Assembly (NCBI GenBank): GCA_963707985.1
Contig: CAVPRW010000009.1
Span: 133,055 to 197,054 of the forward strand
Origin: an uncultured Nitrospinota bacterium
GTDB lineage: Bacteria > Tectomicrobia > Entotheonellia > J063 > CAVPRW01
Reading direction: 5' to 3'
Length of the DNA: 64,000 bases
Shown here piece by piece: positions 61,220-64,000 of this stretch. The notes beneath the pieces were generated by a model. It did no database searches. It was not told the origin of the DNA and saw only the letters and a list, made by a program, of their open reading frames with translations. The first letter of the stretch is position 1, and the number at the start of each line of letters is the position of its first letter. The position numbers and the translations under genes are program-made.

Positions 61220-62733
61220 CTGCCAGTTGGACACATTTTTTGTTTTAGAGGGACTTGAGCTATGATGGGCATGGATTCTCCACCTCGACTTCCGGTTCTA
61301 CCCGTTGCGCAAGGAAGCAGATATGAGCGACCTCCTCGATGCCACGAGTTGGGCCGTCACGGAGTTTGCCGACGCTGAACTCGGCGACCTGCGGCGGACC
61401 CAGCGTTTGGTCGAACTGGCGCATGCGCTCGCCCAGCGTCCCGGGGCCGCTCTGCCCGAAGCCTGTGGCAGCGGCGCGATGCTGAAAGCCGCCTATCGCT
61501 TTTTCACCAACGATGACATTGCGCCCGACGATATTCTCCAAAGTCATATTGAGGCGACGTATAGTCGTCTCAACGCCGTGCCCATCGTCTTGGCCGTCCA
61601 AGATACGACCGAAGCCAACTGGACGAATTTGCGCGCGACCGAAGGCTTGGGCCCGCTGGGACACCCCGCGTGTCACGGCCTGCTGGTCCATACCACGTTG
61701 GCCATCACGCCGGAGCGGGTCCCCTTAGGGCTCTTGGCGCAGCAGGTCTGGGCGCGGGACCCGGACGACATTGGGAAACGCGCACGACGCAAGCAGTTCC
61801 CGATCAGCCAGAAGGAAAGTCAAAAGTGGCTCCACAGTCTCGACGCCGTCTACACGGCGCACGACTGCTGTCCGACGACCCGCTTGGTCAGCGTCGGTGA
61901 TCGGGAAGCCGATGTCTACGACGTCCTGGCGGCACCACGCCCGGCAGGCGTGGATCTGCTGATTCGCGCCTCGTGGAATCGCTGTGTCAAGGCGCCACAA
62001 CGGTATGTCTGGGACACGGTCGCGGCCCAGCCCGTGGCAGCCCAGCTCTGCCTGCATGTCCCACGTCGCGGCCCGCAACCCGCCCGCGAAGCGACATTGG
62101 CGCTGCGCTATTGTCCTTTAACCTTGCGCCCCCCGCAGCATCGCAAAGCCGAAGGCTTACCGACCGTCACGCTGTGGGCCGTGCAGGTCTGTGAAGTCGA
62201 ACCGCCCGCCGAGGTGGAGCCCATTGAGTGGTTGTTGTTGACGACCGTGGCAGTCGAGACGATCGACGACGCTATCGAACGCGTCCAATGGTACTCGTGT
62301 CGTTGGGGCATTGAAGTCTGGCACCGGATTTTGAAAAGCGGGTGCCACCTCGAAGCGCGGCAATTCCAGAAGGCCGAGCGCTTACGCCGTGCCTTGGCGC
62401 TCTATAGTGTCCTGGCGTGGCGGATTTTTTACGCCACCATGCTGGCACGCGCGGTGCCTGACGCGCCATGGAGTGTCCTGTTGGAGCCTGATGAATGGCA
62501 GGCGTTGTATTGTGCCATCCATCGGGTCCCCACGCCACCCGCAGAGCCGCCGACGCTGGGCCAGGCGGTCACCTGGATCGCCCAGCTCGGCGGGTTTGTC
62601 GGACGCCGCCGGAGTGACCGCCCCGGCGCGGAAGTGATGTGGCGGGGCTTTCAGCATCTCGGCGACCTCACAACGATGTACTGCATTATGCGCCGTGATT
62701 CTCCATAAATGCATATTTGTGTCCAACTGGCAG
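61220..62733 (+). mobile_element. Intact IS4-family (IS50/Tn5-like) insertion sequence; transposase at 61323-62708
   Basis: Perfect 16-bp terminal repeats CTGCCAGTTGGACACA. DDE motifs QDTT, GDREAD, YSCRWGIEVWHRILKSG. Flanks CCTCCGGGAG and CCTCCGGGGC. Confidence 0.95.
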
Positions 62734-62814
62734 CCTCCGGGGCGGGATCGCCCCTCCCCCGGGGCCGTCACGCGGAGGGCCCCGCCCCTCCCTGAGCACC
62801 CTGGAGCGTCCTTG

Positions 62815-63160
62815 ATGATTAGGCCCACACTACTCCTCGTGGAAGATGAGCGCATCATTGCCCTCGACCTCGCGCGGCGCCTCACCACGCTCGGCTATAC
62901 GGTCCTCGCCACCGCCGGGTCCGGCCGTGAGGCCATCCAGCAGGCCGTCGACCTGCGTCCCGATCTGGTGTTGATGGACGTCGGCTTACCGGGGGGGATG
63001 GATGGACTCGAAGGCCGCGGCGCACATTCGGGTCCCAGGCGGCGATCCCCATCATCTATCTGACCGGCTCTCCTGAGGGAGGAATCCCTGCCGGCTTCAC
63101 GCTCCAGAAACCGGTCATGACGCAGACCTTGCAGCAGACCATCCAGCTCGCCCTGGCGAC
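62815..63160 (+). pseudogene. Single-domain response regulator, frameshifted
   Basis: LLVEDERII, PDLVLMDV, MDGLE, then IPIIYLTG and QKP in other frames. The end coordinate is approximate. Confidence 0.75.
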
Positions 63161-64000
63161 CAGGGACCCGCAGGCCCCGGCGACCCGCGACGCCACGGAA
63201 GGATGCGGCGGGACAGGACGGCAGCCCCCTCGGTGCTGCCCGCGGGCACGTCAGGGGGGCCATGGGGTCAAACCGCGTCATAATCTGTGTGTACGCCCGT
63301 GGGGATGTCAGCCGACCGTATCGGCTCATTGGTCACCCCATACATTTGAACACCGTGGCGCTTCCCCGTGGGCAGTTTCTGCATGCCGCTGTGCGGCATA
63401 TGGTGGCTCGTGAAGTTGCTAGTGACCAAGTTGATATTGACCATACACGGTCGAGTGAACTCCGCACCCACGTACAGGTAATGATAGCGAGGGCTGCTTC
63501 CGCGAGGTCGCCCATCTGCCCCCGGAAGACCAGCTCATCCAGATTCACACGGGGGATTCATCACACCGCGGGGCCATGGGGTCACGGCTCTTGGCGAAGC
63601 TTCGCGAGTCGGCCTAACTCCCCACGGGCGTCACGGAGGTCGCGGCCATCGTTGTGGTGGCCATCGGTCTGGCATGGGGATACCTCGGCTCCCTGCAGTG
63701 CTCTCCCCTTGCCACGCGACCACTCCTGCTGGTGCGAAGGACTCATCGTACGCGTCTCGTGGGACAGGCCTGCCACAGACTCCACCAGAGACCCCATCTC
63801 AGGCGGTGCCCGTGGCGTTCACGTCGGGCTGCTTCTGGTGTGCGTGGGGGGTCGTCGGCCTCATCCGCATGGTGGCCGTGTAGATGCGGACCTCCCCACC
63901 TGTGGGGCACAGCAGCTGGTGGATGACCTCGTCTCCCATGATCGACACCAGCCCGACGTTGTTGTCCCCCAAAATCGTCACCATGCGCGGCCCCGAAGCT

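Noticed and set aside
59545..61220. CRISPR array or leader next to the CARF gene
   Set aside because: No regularly spaced direct repeats were seen. The single GGGAATCGAAGG near 59690 is not enough evidence.
63268..64000. Short ORFs at the window end
   Set aside because: No family could be recognised and the region is cut by the window edge.
1..64000. tRNA, rRNA or riboswitch genes
   Set aside because: None were recognised by eye. An Infernal/Rfam scan would be needed to exclude them.

Overview
GC-rich bacterial chromosome window that mixes catabolic and housekeeping genes with two decayed accessory regions. The most notable item is an apparently uncharacterised RiPP (ribosomally made, post-translationally modified peptide) cluster at about 15.5-25.7 kb. 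It has an unannotated 44-aa precursor (leader ending KIRLKTGIMAG, predicted core RIMAVHL) followed by a stem-loop, three heme-oxygenase-like diiron oxidases (HDO; PqqC/TenA/CADD-type fold) each with an N-terminal RRE-like domain, an HlyD adaptor and two ABC transporters, one with an intact C39 peptidase. IS6, IS5-like, ISKra4 and Tn3 remnants flank it. Other notable features: a LAGLIDADG intein inside the CxxxCxxC motif of a radical SAM gene; a UxxC glutaredoxin selenoprotein with a SECIS-like hairpin that the ORF track missed; three tandem CitE-like paralogues, one apparently catalytically degenerate; a MocR regulator-pdxS-pdxT operon; three small Cys-rich lipoproteins; a toxin-antitoxin/IS/RAYT-rich region; and an orphan NE0113-type CARF protein with no CRISPR array in the window. 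All family assignments come from motif recognition by eye; no database searches were run.
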